From Tubiluchus corallicola (Eukaryota; Animalia; Priapulida), in the NCBI GenBank assembly GCA_030141605.1, contig JAQGDQ010000557.1, positions 77,775 to 141,774 of the forward strand: a stretch of DNA of 64,000 bases, written 5' to 3'. The number at the start of each line of letters is the position of its first letter. The first letter of the stretch is position 1. The notes under the pieces were generated by a model, which worked only from the letters and a program-made list of their open reading frames with translations, had not been told where the DNA came from and searched no databases. Position numbers and translations under genes: made by a program. Shown one piece after another: positions 12,901-27,900 of this stretch.

Positions 12901-15900
12901 GTTACTATTACTTCTTTGAGAGACCAACCAAAATCAGTTCTGTTAAGTTACCAAAAAAAATAAGCTCATCACAGAAACGCTACCGGCGAGTGTGAAAAAA
13001 TTGTGCGAAAAACTCTGTGTCATCGCAAACTTCAAAAAACTTTCCAGATAAGCAAACTACTATTACGAACCGAAAACGTCAGCCTGCAATTTATCCACAT
13101 CAATCTCGCTCAAGCTTATTTCATCTTTGTGAGATGCACATTTTTGTCTTTTTTGTAGCTCTCGCTTTTCCTGTTCCAGCAGATCTTCTAACAAAAGCGG
13201 CTGTTCCTGAACCAGGAGAGTACGATCATTTCCCGACGTTGTCGGGGGAACAGGCACTCTAGGTGAGGTGCTGATCATTCCTATCACAAAGAGTGGTCCA
13301 ACTTTTCAACAATTATATACAACAGTGAAAACTTACCATTGTACAGCAATTCTAGCAATTCCATAATAACAGAGTTAAGAATAACGTAATATGTAAAAAA
13401 ACCATAAACAATAATGACTTGCCACTAATAAGAAATAATACTATTGAAAAAAAACTACACACTAATTTCCAACGAAGATGCGCAGTTTCTGTTAATAAGT
13501 GTAAATTTACATTGCCTACTAATACAAAAACAGACAACAGGGCACGATTTTTACAAGTGCCCATACAGCCCCACGTGCCCAGGGGGTAACAGGGCTTTAC
13601 TAATAATTCAAGACATTGTTAGCCTCAATTAACAAATTTGTATATTCATAAAAACTTAAGAGATTCAATTGTAATTAAGTACACACAGCACATGCACAGC
13701 TATAACTTAAAGGCAAAGAGCCCTGTTACCACCAGAACAGCGCGAACTAATTTCAAAACCAAAAGATGCAAAACAAAACAAGAGCACAGTGGCTTTACCA
13801 TGTTGCTTTGGTCCGGGATGTAACATCTGAGGAGTGTGAGGTCGTGATGCGGGAAGCTGGCCAATGTTTTGAGGCAAAACTATACTAGGTGTTGATGGGC
13901 CACTGCCGTGTATACTGCCTTGTGCATTGGGCTGGAGGCCTTGTTGAACAAATGATTCATTCAGATTAGGCGTGCTTGGCTGACTGCTTACAGCTGATTC
14001 AGGACCGCAAACTGTAATAAATTAAAATGAATCTTACTGCATATTATCGCTGTGAAATCAAATTTAGCAATATTAATAAAATTTTGTAATTAATAAAACC
14101 ATAGCAATAAAAAAGAAGAGACTCACCCCCTCCCTGTGCCTTAATTCCAGCACTCTCTTCCGCACTTCCTTTTGCTTGCTGGTCTGCTCCTGTATGCTGA
14201 TCCGCTGCTTGCTTTTCAACCTGCTCTTCCTGGCTAGGAAGCTTCCCAAATTGTCCCTGAAATTCTGTGTTAAAAGGCTCTATAGCATCGGATGGTTCTT
14301 TGGCATCAGTAACAGGTTTCCCAGTCTGGTCTTCCTGATCCTGATTGGGACCCTTGTGGATTTTCAGGAACTGAGACTGGAAATCTGACGAAAACGATGA
14401 TGTATTAGGTGAAAGGCCAGGTTCCTGCATTTGCTTCTCATTTGTGGTTTTTAGGTCCTGAATAGTAAACAGCAAAAAGGTCATAAGAAAAGTATTTAAA
14501 TACTTGATTTGAACATTATTAATCACAAAAGTATTTTGACTTTAAAGGTAATACAATTTAAATTTCACCACTAACGATATTTGGTAAAGTCGTCATAACT
14601 TTAAATGTAATACGATCTAAATTTCGTTACCAGTGATACTTGGTAAAAAGTCATTTGTACATGTGAAAGGATAAATCACATTAAATACGAAATAGTCAGC
14701 AAACCAGCACAGCCGTCAACTGCTAACTCCTCTACAAGACATATTTATTTACATACATAAAATACAAGGAAATATTTGACAACTTAGCTAAGTCTGTCCT
14801 GCAATTATTTTTTATTGTTAGTCAGTACCTTACCTCATTACTTTTGTCCAATGGGGCCTTTGGGTGTAGTTTGTCAATATCTTCACTATCCTTTTCTTTA
14901 ATACCGAGATCTTCATCAAGGAGTTTCTTGTGCTCATCACTTAGTGCGCTATCCAATTCAGGATCGGCATATTCCAAAATATTGAAATCCGCACCCATAC
15001 CTGCAGTAGAAACCACCAAATAACTGTTAACAACTACTGTGCACAAGACCTTGGAAAACATATATTATAGTTACAATGATACTGCTTTGTATGTGACATT
15101 CACTCAATCGCATTCAGTTCTCAAACTCACCAAATAGTTCATCGTCCAAGTTCTCTAGATCCTCTTCTTTATTTTGCCCCTCTCCCTTCTCACTGTCACT
15201 GGTAACTTCAGAAGAAGCTGCAACTTCCTTTATGAGTTGAGCTGTAGATGTTGGTGGAGCACCGTCTACGGTGCGTGCATCATCCTGAGTTTTTGCACGT
15301 TCAACTGACGGCGTATGAGACGATGACGATGGCGATGAAAAAGTCATAGTTTCTTGCTCTGGTTGTTTAACACCTGTAATATCAAGGCCACATGTCCATT
15401 AATCACACAAGTTGCAGTATTCTGATAAATGAAAATAATGTATCATTTTAGTTGCTACCAACCTTTTCAGGTTTGATTATAAGTAATCACCTGTTAAGAG
15501 TTTGCAATGCAAAATACACCCACACAAATGTTTAAAGTTATAAACAGTCTCAAATAATCATTATTATCTTCTTTCCTGGGATGTTTAAACCCTGATTTAA
15601 ATCTAAATATGCATAATACTTTTCCAAACATCATTTTACCATTTTGCTACTAGTCTCGACGGGAATCTTGGTACATTTTCAAAAACTGTATAGGCATCGG
15701 CATAAAATTTCATTTGGGTGGACTATGTGCCAAAAGTGTAGGTTTGCCACGAGACTTCGAAATGAAGTTCTAATTTGTGTTTGTCATCATATGTGCACGT
15801 GTTTTGTTTACCACGAATCTTCAAGAAGTTTTAGTTGCATTTATGCTGATAGTAAATAGTATGCTGGTGAGTTATAGATAGTAGTATTGATAGCATGACG

Positions 15901-18900
15901 TGTGCTCTACAAAGCTGCAATACATAATAAATTTGCTATGTAAACCTGATACTGAAAGTAAGTTTTTTAGAAAACATCTGGCAGCGAAAAGGGTTGATAA
16001 AAAAACTTGCACTCTTAACTATTGTAAGAAATGACTCACCTGAATATGAAGATTCTTGCATCTGCTGCCTCACAAGGTTATCATACGGATCTAGCGGGTT
16101 AGCACTCGACGACGCTGGCATGCTAGGGGTGCCTGGGGTCTGGGGACTACGTGGATCCGCTCCCTAGAACAATTATAAGAACTGATGAACATTCCTGCCA
16201 GACCAAACAGTATCAGTAGGGGCCCTCTCATGGCTTAAAAAATAGAAGAAATTCACCTTTGAAAAGTTACTCACATTATCATAGTTTAATCACATTACCT
16301 TTTGCTGTTGCATATCTGGATATGGCGGGGCTGCCCCACGCAGAATTTGCTGGCCATAAAAAGGTGGCGGTCTCTGTTGATTTGGAGAGAAATGCGAGCG
16401 ATGGGCACCATACTGCTGCATACGCGGCGGCCACTGTCCACGAACTGATCCACTACCTGGAGAAAAACCCATCCTCATTCCTTCCATTCCTGAAACAAAA
16501 ATAGGAAATAAAAAGCCTAGTATATTTAAGAAATTGAACTGATGCTACTGATTAATTTTGAGCTTGCGCATATAAAACACCTTAACGGAACATACCCGGT
16601 CTAGGCCAAGGTGGTCTTTGTCCCATGCGCAACTGAAAATTAGCTTGTTGCTGTTGCTGCTCAGAAGAATATGACTCCATATTAATATCTGAACTCCATG
16701 AAGACGGTCCTGGTTTAATTTTCTCCTGCTCTACAGCTTTTTTCTTTTGCCTTTCCTATAAGGAAAAAATATAAAAATTAAGCTGATTCATTGAATAATT
16801 CATTAAAGACTAATTTCTTTAAAACTGGTTTAAACTTAAATGAGAAAAGTAGAGAGAATAAAGAAATAAAGACAGAAGTATAAACCTACTTGTGACTGCT
16901 TAGCAAGCAGGTCTCGTAACTGTTGCTTAGCAACGGAGTCTTGACCATAACCATGTGCATGCGGCTGAGAAGTTCCAGGCATGAATCCCTCTGGTGAATG
17001 TCCTGGTGTGGTTGGCATCTGCAGATACGGATCGGGACTGGGGGTCCCAGGTAGAGGTCCATATGGACTCTGCGGACAAGGAGGAGAAAAAGGCATCCTA
17101 GGTGGCATTGGTTTGGCAAATGCATCGGATCTCTGAGGATAAGGTTCCGACATCTGACGCATGAGATGCGGTGGTCGACTAGGATGGGGTGCACCCGACG
17201 GTTGACCATACATATCCGGAACTGGCAATCTAGGAGAAAATGGATCACCCCGTTGCCCATACCGATCCGAAAATGACCGTCCCATAGGCCTAGGTTTGCA
17301 ATAAGGATCCGGCGTCGATGGAGGCGAAAACGTGTCCAGTGGATGTTTCAGTGGTGGAGGAGGAGCAGGTTTTAGAAATGGATCCATACTAGGAGGATGT
17401 ATAACAGGTGATCCTAGTCTATGACTATGCTCAAAGTCCATCGAGTGTCCAAAGTGGTCAGGTCCATAAACAGGATGCTGTTGATACATCCCAGTTTGGC
17501 TCAAAGACCTCACGCCTGCTGTTCTTTGACCATACGACTGCGCAAATCCTTCCCTGGGCCTATTCGTTCCAGGCTGCGGTGCATAGAGAGAATCTGATGG
17601 ATGCATCATCATTCCCCGCATCACTGGAGGACTCGGCTGAGCAAATGTTCCATCACGTTTGTTATCTAATCTATTAGAATTAACGGGCCTTGCATAGGGG
17701 TCAGGCAATGCCGTTGGCGATGCTTGTGGTCGCTGGGTCACTTGCGACTGATTGTTCTGACTGTATGTGTCAACAACCAACTTGGCGAATTCACTGTTAT
17801 ATGAAGTCTGTGGAGAGCCCAGTGAGTTTGCTGCTCCGTGTCCGTCCTGTATAGATGCACTAAGCGGTCGCGGAGTATGTGGCGACTGCACCAAAGACTC
17901 AGAAGGCTCACTTCGTGGAGTTTTCGGCTGCTGAGAAAATGCATCCGCTGCACTCAACCCGATCTGGTCCCTTGAACGTGGACTATACGACGGTGCCTGA
18001 AAGGGTGAACTGGAGCTTCTTGGTTGATGAGAAGTAAATGTTTCAGCATGGGAATATTCGGGCGTGGGAAATCTAGCTGATGAAGAAGTTGTTGGTACAT
18101 CTAAATGGGTCAATTTATGTCCAGGCAGCGGCTCAGTGGTATCTGAATTAAAAGTGAATAATAACTAGATCAAGGCACTGTAGACTCTAAGAAATTTTTT
18201 TATACTCGTAACTGTCTTTACTGCCAAATGTGTTGTTCACAACTGCTATAAGTTTATGTACACTTATTGCATAAAACAATATATCGACAGTATCTTTTTA
18301 TCATACTTTAATAGACTTCAGATGCTTCTGGCATTTGCCATTTTAAAAATAAATTTAAATGTAATCACATAAACGTAGCAGGTTAAATGTAATACAGTTC
18401 AACCACACACTTCAAATTATGTTATAACATTGAACAACAAATCAATGTGATAAAAATAAACTCAAAAATATTTGTTACTAGCCATCACCAAACATGTCTA
18501 CGTCCATTTAACAAATAAAATCTTAAAATACACATGAAATCAGTAAAATCCAATTCAGACTGCATAAAAGTCTATGTACCTTGACTGCCCTGAGTATCCA
18601 TTAAACTATCTTGAGACACATCCGGAGTTTCTGACGTCGGAGTGTGCATGGTACCTCTGTCAACATCTTCATGATATTTTTGAGCAAATGCCATTGCTGA
18701 AAATATGTGCATGCATAAGCTTTTTTAGTCACCATCAAATCAGAAAAATTTAACTAACAAAATATACATCAATATACTACAATTAGTAAAACAACATTTC
18801 CAAAGTAATAATTACAGTTAGCTCGTTGCATGTCCAACGTCTGTTGCTGATGCTGTTGCGCTCGCTGCTGCTGTAGCATCTTCCACTGCCTTTCCTGCTC

Positions 18901-21900
18901 CTGTTCCTTGCTGCTCTTCTCTTTGAGGTGGTCAGGAGTTTTACTACCCAAAAGACCTCTTACTGGACTACCAGGCAGAGGCTGTTGCAGAGGCTGTTGC
19001 AGTGGTTTCGGAGAACTTGATAACTGACGCCGTAAGCCATCACCAGGAAGCTAAAAAATATGGAAAAATGATTTTTGTTACTGTATGATACAGTGCACAA
19101 TGGCTCATTATTTTCTCTGATAGCAACAAGTCCTACATTGATATATGTACTTACAATATAAACAAATTTGCCAGCATAAACACAGTTCATAAAAGATAAT
19201 CATTCTTGGCATTAGAAAAAGTAGTGGCTTATAAGGGAAATTACCTTCTGTGTTTTTTGAATCCTACTAGCTGCCCTGTTTTCACGTGCTTTTGCCAAAT
19301 AAGGGGCTTTCTGTTCAGTACTCAACTTTCTCCACAGTTTTGCAATCTGCTTCGCTCTTTCGGTCCAGTCTACACAAAAAAATTTCATGTGATTTAGATT
19401 GACAAGATCATGTAGATTGTCACATATTAAATGTATACAACCTCTTGGGTGTGCCACTAGCATCAGAGTATCACGTGTATTTCACATATTTACAAAGCAA
19501 TACACAATGCATGTTTTGTGTGCATTGATACCTTGTAGTACTTCTACTTCGTTCATCAAAGCGAGAAAGGGCTGAAAATACTAAAATCATGCTTTTACAC
19601 TACAAATTTTTTTAAGATCGACTAAGATCGACTGCTTGCCCTCAAATACGTCACTTCTTCACATCTTAGTACATTTTTTCACATACTGAAAAAACAGCAA
19701 CAAAACTTTAGTATCAATGCTCCACCAACTCCTTTCACTCCAACAGTGCGAGACATTTTTACTGCACCATTACACATTACATTAGTTATTCAGCTTAATG
19801 TTAGTGCAAAAACACATTCATGTTGGCAACTCAAATTTTAATAAAGGATTCTACTGTAATGGAAGTGAAACAATGCACAACTCTTACCTGGATATTCATT
19901 TTTCAACTCGGGATGCATCATGTTAGCATACAAAACAGGAGAAATGGTTGACATCACCCCGTTTTCTTCATCCTTCTCCCACTTCATTACGTTGCGCTGG
20001 TTGTAGGACATGGTTTCACCCTGGGAATCTGGTGGTTCCCCCACCCATGGGGAAGGAGGCTCGGAATACTGGCCACCGCGAAATTGACTGCAATAAAAAC
20101 CAAGAAACTATCATTATAAAATGAGTGACAGACAATGAGATAGTTGCAAAACAACAAGCAAACAAATGTCACTAATACTGAAAGCCATGAATAGAAATTA
20201 GTTTCTAAAATTTCACAGTAACTTTAGAGGTCAAAGTTCACTTTACTGCAAAAATGCTGTACACACCTTCAAAATAGAAAGAAACAGCAAAACTGATTAT
20301 GATTGGTAAGCTACATAAGTTTAGTATATGGCCTTTCTTTTGGTGGCATCATGCAAGTACAAAAAGTCCTAAATGCTACCAGTTTGTTGTTTGTATCAAG
20401 TGAGATCTGGGAGCAAACCGTATGCAAGGAATTTTGCTTGCAACCTGTTGCTATAGTAACCAGACTAGATAAAATTCCCCAAGGTCGGCCAGCACTAGGC
20501 TTTGACTCTGCTCCAGCGACAACCGTGTTTATTGTTTAACCGCTGCCTACTCTTGTATATTAACGAAAGAGAAAGTGCTAGCTAGGTAAGTAAGATATAT
20601 ATTTGTGGTTTCAAGCAAACAGAGAGAAATTAATCAGTAGAAACGTGAGTAAAACTAATAAAATATTTTATTTATATGATTCAAGCAGCATTGATTTATG
20701 CCGCTGGAACGTATCTCAGCTCCTTTACATTACTGCCTATGGAAGTCTTGGCTTCGTTTAACTACGTTTAGCTAATGTCACATTTTGCAGGAACACATTA
20801 GCACCATTAAGCGAGGACTTGCATATTGTTTACCTTACAAAAAGGCAGGAAACATACATGGACTTTTGCTGGTAAGTTGCTAAAATGAGACTATGACCAA
20901 TTTTTAAAATAAGTAATTTAAAATAAGTTATATAAACATTTGTACAAAAACCTTTCAAAAACCAAACAAATTAGTAAAACAAAACACCTATTTCTAATAA
21001 ATCAGAATTTACAAATAATAATTTACTGCAACCATAGCCAGTAGAAGTAACTACATCCCTCTATTGAACCAAATTTTAGTTTTTATTATAACACTATTAA
21101 ATACATTCCTGTACTATGGCAGGATTCGAGTTTTGAGTATAACTATGATCAACATACCTTGCAAAACTGCCGCTACCGAATGGAGACTGGGAAGGCACCT
21201 CAAACTGATGCTGCATAATCTGCTGTGGACGGGCCAGGTTGGGCATGCCAGTTGTTCCAGGATAGCTAGGAGGCGGGCCCAAATGAGGATGGTGTTGTCC
21301 GGGGTGCAAGCCGGGACCGGACACCATACCGGGCATGCTCATACCTGATACACTGTTACTACCCATGCCAAATCCACCTGTACAATCATAGTACAAACAC
21401 AAGAAATTAACAACAGTTTACAATTTCACAAGCCAAAAGTGAACTACTCAGCTAGTAGTATTAAAACAGAATCTGTCATCAATGTAAAACTGTTCTGGTT
21501 TGAAATGCATAAAATGAACCATGTCAATCAATAAAATTTCCAATTTACAACAAAACTTCTTGGGTTTTAGCCACTTCATGCAGGCAGTAGACATTAAAAA
21601 TAATTCTACGAAAAATGAAACATCTTTAAAGGGTAACTTACCAACATTAGGATTTGACAGCAAAGGTTCGGTTGGACTTAGAACACCCTTGAATAGATCC
21701 TCCACTTCTTTTCCATCCATATGAGGTAAACCTTAACACAAAATTTATTTTATTTTACTTAATTTACATTTCGTTAATGCTGAAACAGCAGTTTCATGTA
21801 GGTGCCACAAGCACTGCACAAACTATATGATCTTTTAACACTGCTTTAAATTCATAATAGTATAACTAGAAGATCAAGTTTCGTTTAAAATACACTAAGC

Positions 21901-24900
21901 AAAACTGAAATCATTTATCTATATTTGCACAGTGTTGCCAAATTGTACAAGAAGAAGTAGAGAACTTTACAAAATTACAATACTACAGTCGCTACAAAGA
22001 CTGTAAGTTCTATGCAGTATGCAAATAATCAATAAGCAGTTCCGCATAGAGGCATCAATAAAAGTTGTGATAACTAGCAAATAAATTAAAGTTAAACAAA
22101 TATTTGTAAAAGTAAAATTTTCGCCGACAGAAAATTATGAAAGCAGGTCGATTTTGCAAAGGGTATGTTTCACCAAGCTAGGTAGAAATCAATCGAACAC
22201 CTTTTGCACCAACTGTGCTCAATTTCACAAAAGCAAAAATTGCTTAAAATTTGCATCTAAATGCAAAGCGATTTTTTACGCTTGAAAAATCTAAACCATC
22301 AACAAACTGTTGTCAATTGAGGCCGAAAGCTGGATATGGTTAAGAAATAAAACCAAAACTGCCTTGAATATGCTTCTTTTCTGATTTGGATAACCATGTA
22401 CAATCAATGTAAATAGTATTAAGTTGCTCTTAAATTATTCAAGAACATTTCAGATTCAAGTTGCAAATCAATTGATAAACTACAAAAAGTCTTATGTACT
22501 TATAATGTGATATAAGTTTGGTGTATGTGTGGTGCAAAAATGTTCTTCAGCTTCTGCTGTATCTGATCACTGTGATACCAGTTACATAATGAGACATAGC
22601 AACGAAATGCTTTCCAGTCTAAATTCAACAGACATAACATTCGAAGAGAATAATGACTGGAATAGTAGAAGCATAAACATCTACATTTATTAAGCAATTA
22701 CAAGAAAAATCCTTAGAAGAGATCTATTACCAAGTATAATGATAAGCCAGACTTTCAACTTATTGCCATGCCAGTTTTTTGTTGACATTTAGTTAACCAT
22801 ATCAACTAACAGGTGGCATCGTTTTATCTGAATGGATTAATAGCGCAGTTGTCTCATTTCCAAACTCCATAACCAAAGCAAAAGAGAATGAAGAAGTAAC
22901 AGAAGTACCTCAGAAAACAGACATCAGGAACTAGAAATCACGCAACCGTCACTAAAACATTTTTACTACAAATAAATTACTAGCTAAGGCCGAAACGACA
23001 TGCTACACTAAACACACAGCGGCCTACCCTCTCCATCCCCCAACAGGTGAAAAGAACCAGGATTCAGTATGGCCTCGAAACCGGCTTCAGTGTATTTATC
23101 TTTGCCCCCAGCTGTTTGGCCTATCACCCCACCACCCTCGGATGTGTCTATGTCTGACAACCCTTTAAAAAATAATATAGATGCCTTGCAAAATTTGAAG
23201 CTAATATCATTTATTAGTAGTAAGTAGCAAGTAAGAAACATCTCTGCTTACCATAATATATTGAGAATCTTAACAAAATATTAAGATGCTCAATCAATGA
23301 CAGTTAAAAAACATACACTGTTGGAGGCAAATGCGGCAGTGCAAAAACTAAACTACAGGTGCAAACAATAATAAAATATAATTTAAACTTAAACTTTACA
23401 TATTTTACATATTTACAAACTGACTATCAGTAAAATTAAGTCGTTTAATATGGCCTGGAGTAAATGAATTCTGCATTAGTATGCAAGTAGTCATGTTGGT
23501 AAGTTGGATATCCAAATCTTGACACCATTAATGCTTGTCTTGGTTTTGAATGCAGTTAATGATTTAATACGTTTGATTTCGACTGGCAGTGAATTTCCAG
23601 AGATGGACGACGCTTTTTTTGCTATTGAAATGTTTCCAAAGTGATTGTTTGTTCTAGTTTGTTTCAAATTAAATGTTCTGGCATAGAACAAACAATCTCC
23701 TTGGAAACAATTCAACGGCAAAAACGCCGTTATAGCTCTGAAATTCACTGAAAAGTCGAAATCGAACACATTAAATCATTAACCGCATTCAAAACTGAGT
23801 CAAGAAATAGTGCTTTTGTAAGTAGACAGCACAAACTCTACAAAAAAATCGCAGTGTTCCGACAATATAACACTGTTTGAAATGAGACTAGTACTCTCGC
23901 CAAGATTGTAGCTTTTTCAAGGTCTATGTCTCACTAGTCAGTCTAGGCAAGAATCGAGACAACTGCGGTAACAATTTTAACATTATTATTATTATTATTA
24001 TTAAAATTATTAAGTAGAGTCTATAAAAACTAATTTTATACTTGACAATTTCAAACTTGATACAATTGATAATAATGTACGAGTACGCATGGACACTGGA
24101 CAATGCTGTAGAGGATTCCATAAATCACTAATCTTGTGTTTGCTGCTGCTTGCTTTCCAAAAGACCAACTGAAGACTGCACAGTTGTGTACGTCATTGAC
24201 ACCGATGTAATATTGTAAAAAACCAAATCACATAATGAATTTGCATGCTGTAGGCTTTATGTTGTAGAATTGCCTAGACTGTAATATTGTTCATGGCTGA
24301 GGACACCTTGTACGCGTCAGTCATAGTTTCGTATCATATAGACAGTTGGATGTGTGCTGGTGGCAATATTATATGTGTCAGTGAATTCGGTGTCAAAGAA
24401 ATACTATAAGTACATAGTTTCCTATTTTTCAGGCCCAAGTTTCCTATTTTTTTACTCCCTTATATTTATTTACTACAATGAATAAAAAAAGGCAAAGTGG
24501 TGTTTTGAGACCATTATGTAAAAACAGATACAGTAGGATCGTTTATTAAACTCATGGTTAATAGATTCAGTCGCTTAATTGACTCAAAAACACCTGGCCA
24601 CTCCTATTCAAATGTATACAAAAACTATCGGTAATTGATTCCCATAACTCCACATAACTGACTCATTATTTTTCCTTCACATACTTAAAATAAGACACTT
24701 GTGTGTGCCCAAAGATATAATTATATGTTGAAACAGCCACATTAAGTAAGTCTTTGTTTGTAAGCAAGTACAGTACGTTTATCCTATGCGCTAATATGTT
24801 ATCATAGAAGTTATGCTTTGAATCTGTCACCCGCTTATCCGCTGCAATTGACCTCATTGTTTCTGGAAACTAAACATTTAATTACTTGCCCAGCGATTTG

Positions 24901-27900
24901 CCTTTGAAGCTCCTGCTGCTTTTCACAAGGAAATCACCAACTGCATCTCAAGCACTAGGCATTTTGCATGAATGTGCAGCACACAGTAACAGATTTTCAA
25001 TGTTTTAATCACTATGAGAATTTTGCAAATCAACTTCTTCGTGAAGAAATGAAATAATCGACCTTGCATGATTTTTTTTTTAAATTTTTGATTCTAATAA
25101 TCAGATTTTTTTCTTTTTATTAATTTGCTTATATAAATTATGCTTCTTAAATAATTGCACATAGGTATTTTTGACATTAATTCATTTCTAAAATTCATTT
25201 AAAGTATTTGCAAGGCATACTAGGGTGATGAGTGATGACTCATACTTGTATAGGAGCAATATACTAAACCCTTCAGCTAATTGAATCAGTCAATTAATTG
25301 GGTCAAAACACTTCCGTCCCGAAGTGAGTCTAATTAAGCGGTGCCTACTGTAGTGACAAAGTGAAGCTAACCACCAGTTGAGAAGCAAGCGAACGCTCTT
25401 AGTGAAAGAGCAGCTTTGATTTGCAACAAAATTTCAAGCTAGAATGTCAGAATAGCTCATTGATACTTTGGGGTTATCAAAATTTAATAATTGTAACTGT
25501 CAAATTATTGAACGGTTTGTACCTGTGACTAATACGTACTACTTGACCAATCAAACTGACAAATTGATTAATTTACTCTAAATTTCAAAGCACTATTAAT
25601 AGACTTCATTCTGCCTGATATACTGCTGTTATAACATGTTCTGAGTTATTGTTAGACCAGTTTGTGCAAATCAGTCTGGGTGTTAACCAGCTGCTTTTCA
25701 GCTAGTGGGGTCACGATCTCGATCTCATAATTTTCAAGATATATCAACATCTTATTATCATGCGTATCCCTCTCAGATGAGACACTGAACCAGCAGATGT
25801 GTCTCATCCATGTTCAAACATCCTCCCTCAAGAAGACAAAAAACCAGAATCTGTATGACAAAAGAATATGCCCAGAGCCAGTACGACCCTGTCCATACGA
25901 CCATGAACCCCACCACACATACAATTTACTGCTGCTGTGAACTAGATGTTTTATTTGCTCTTCCTTACCTTAAACACTTGCTTACATAAACCAGCTACAA
26001 ATTGACTGGAACAAGCGCAACACACAATCATAAATTAAGTTATTAGGAGCTTATTTTTCAGCATATTCTTATAAATTTGTTGTACTAACCTGGCGGATTC
26101 TCATCCATTAAAATGCCCAGAAGCTCGTCATCATGTGGAATGTCACTTGGCAATATGTCTTTCAGTTCTTCTTGATCGGTGAGTTCCATTGTACCATCCA
26201 AACCATGATCTGCTAGAAAAAAACTCTACTTAGAGAAATGTTTATCTCATTATACAATCATTAAACACGGCATCATAATGGAGATGCAGAGAGTAAAGGT
26301 TGGTCAGTCATATCAGTGTAGTAAATCCTCACTTAGTGATGCTAAGGCATTCGAAAAAAACACGACGTTAAGTTAAACATCGTTAAACAAAGCCAAGATT
26401 TCCATAGAAAGTAATGTAAAAGAAAACAGAGATTCCAGAGGCAAATCTGCTTAAATCATATAAACTAAATGTTTTATGAGTTTCGTTCATATTTCTACTA
26501 GTTAATTTCTTTCTGCTTGCTTGAAAACCATCTTGCTAAAACCACCTATACATCTTACTTACCATTACCTAGCTATAACGGTTTATCTTGCTTTAACGTT
26601 TAACCCTAGGGAGCAGTTAAACATTATAAATACTACAGAGTCAAAACCAAACCCTAGTCGGCCTTAAGAATTTTATCTACATATTTAGTCTGCTTGCTGT
26701 AGCAACAGGTTGTACGCATAAAGTTTGCTCCAAGGTTTGCTCACTTGATATAAAAAGCTGGCATTTAGTAGCCAGTCAGGAAGCAAAAACGTATATAATA
26801 ATGACACTGTTTACATTACTAGTGCATTTTTATAACAGACTATTGCAATATGTGCTGTTTTAATACATCAAATCAGGCAAAAATGTTGTTGGTAAAATAA
26901 AAATTTGTCTTGAGCAAAGTAAAAAAATCATTGTTAAACTGAAACGTGCGTCTTCAAGCGAAAAAAGGTGTCAGAAAGTCAGCGTCGTTAAAATGAAATG
27001 TCCCTAAATTGGGAGTCGTTAAGCGAGGACTTACTTTATGGTGGTTATAGTAGACATGACCTGCTTGGTATACTGCCATTAATATTACTGTCAAAAACTA
27101 TTGTGACTATTGTGTCAAAAACTATACATAATTAAGCAGCATTGATAAAATCATGATTTTTTTAGGGAAGACTCAATACATATAAACAGAAGGAACCTTT
27201 ATAAATGAACAGTATGGATCTTTTGCTTTTGTATACAGTTTACAACTGTCATTAAAAAGTGTACTGCGAAAGTTCATATTTCTGCCCAAAAATAAAAGCC
27301 TATTATCAAGCCAAAGAATAATAAGACTGAATTATAATATTACAAGTTTTGGACGATGGTGCTGAACTTACCAGTCTCCTTCTTTCGCTCATGTTCTGAG
27401 GCAGATTTTGAACCCTGAGCCGTCATTACTCCAGCCCCACTGATTGAATGGGTAAGCCCGGAACTAGCTACAGAAAAGGGAAGAGTTACAAGAGTATCCG
27501 ACTGCTGTGGATGAACATCTCCGTCTCCTAGAGTGTCCAAAGATGACGCATTCTCCATTTTGCTAGCCACCATCAGATCGCGACCAAAGAAAGCCTCCTG
27601 TAATAGAGCAGTTCATTTGATAAAACTGCACTAAAAGGCCAGCACATTTAACTGATAATGAAAAAGCTACATAATCTACTACACAGCTGGCAAACCATTG
27701 TTTTCTTTTTGTCGATTGAACAATGTGCAATTGACAAGGCAGTAATAAAATCACAACTATCAGATGAAAACGAATCTGCCGGTTATAACACCAGAAAATT
27801 TACGTTTCTTTATTTGACATCAATAGTTAAATAAATTCAGAGTTTCCTTCGTAAAAGGTGTTCCTACCATGGAAACAAACTTTGACAGAGTTGATCATCT

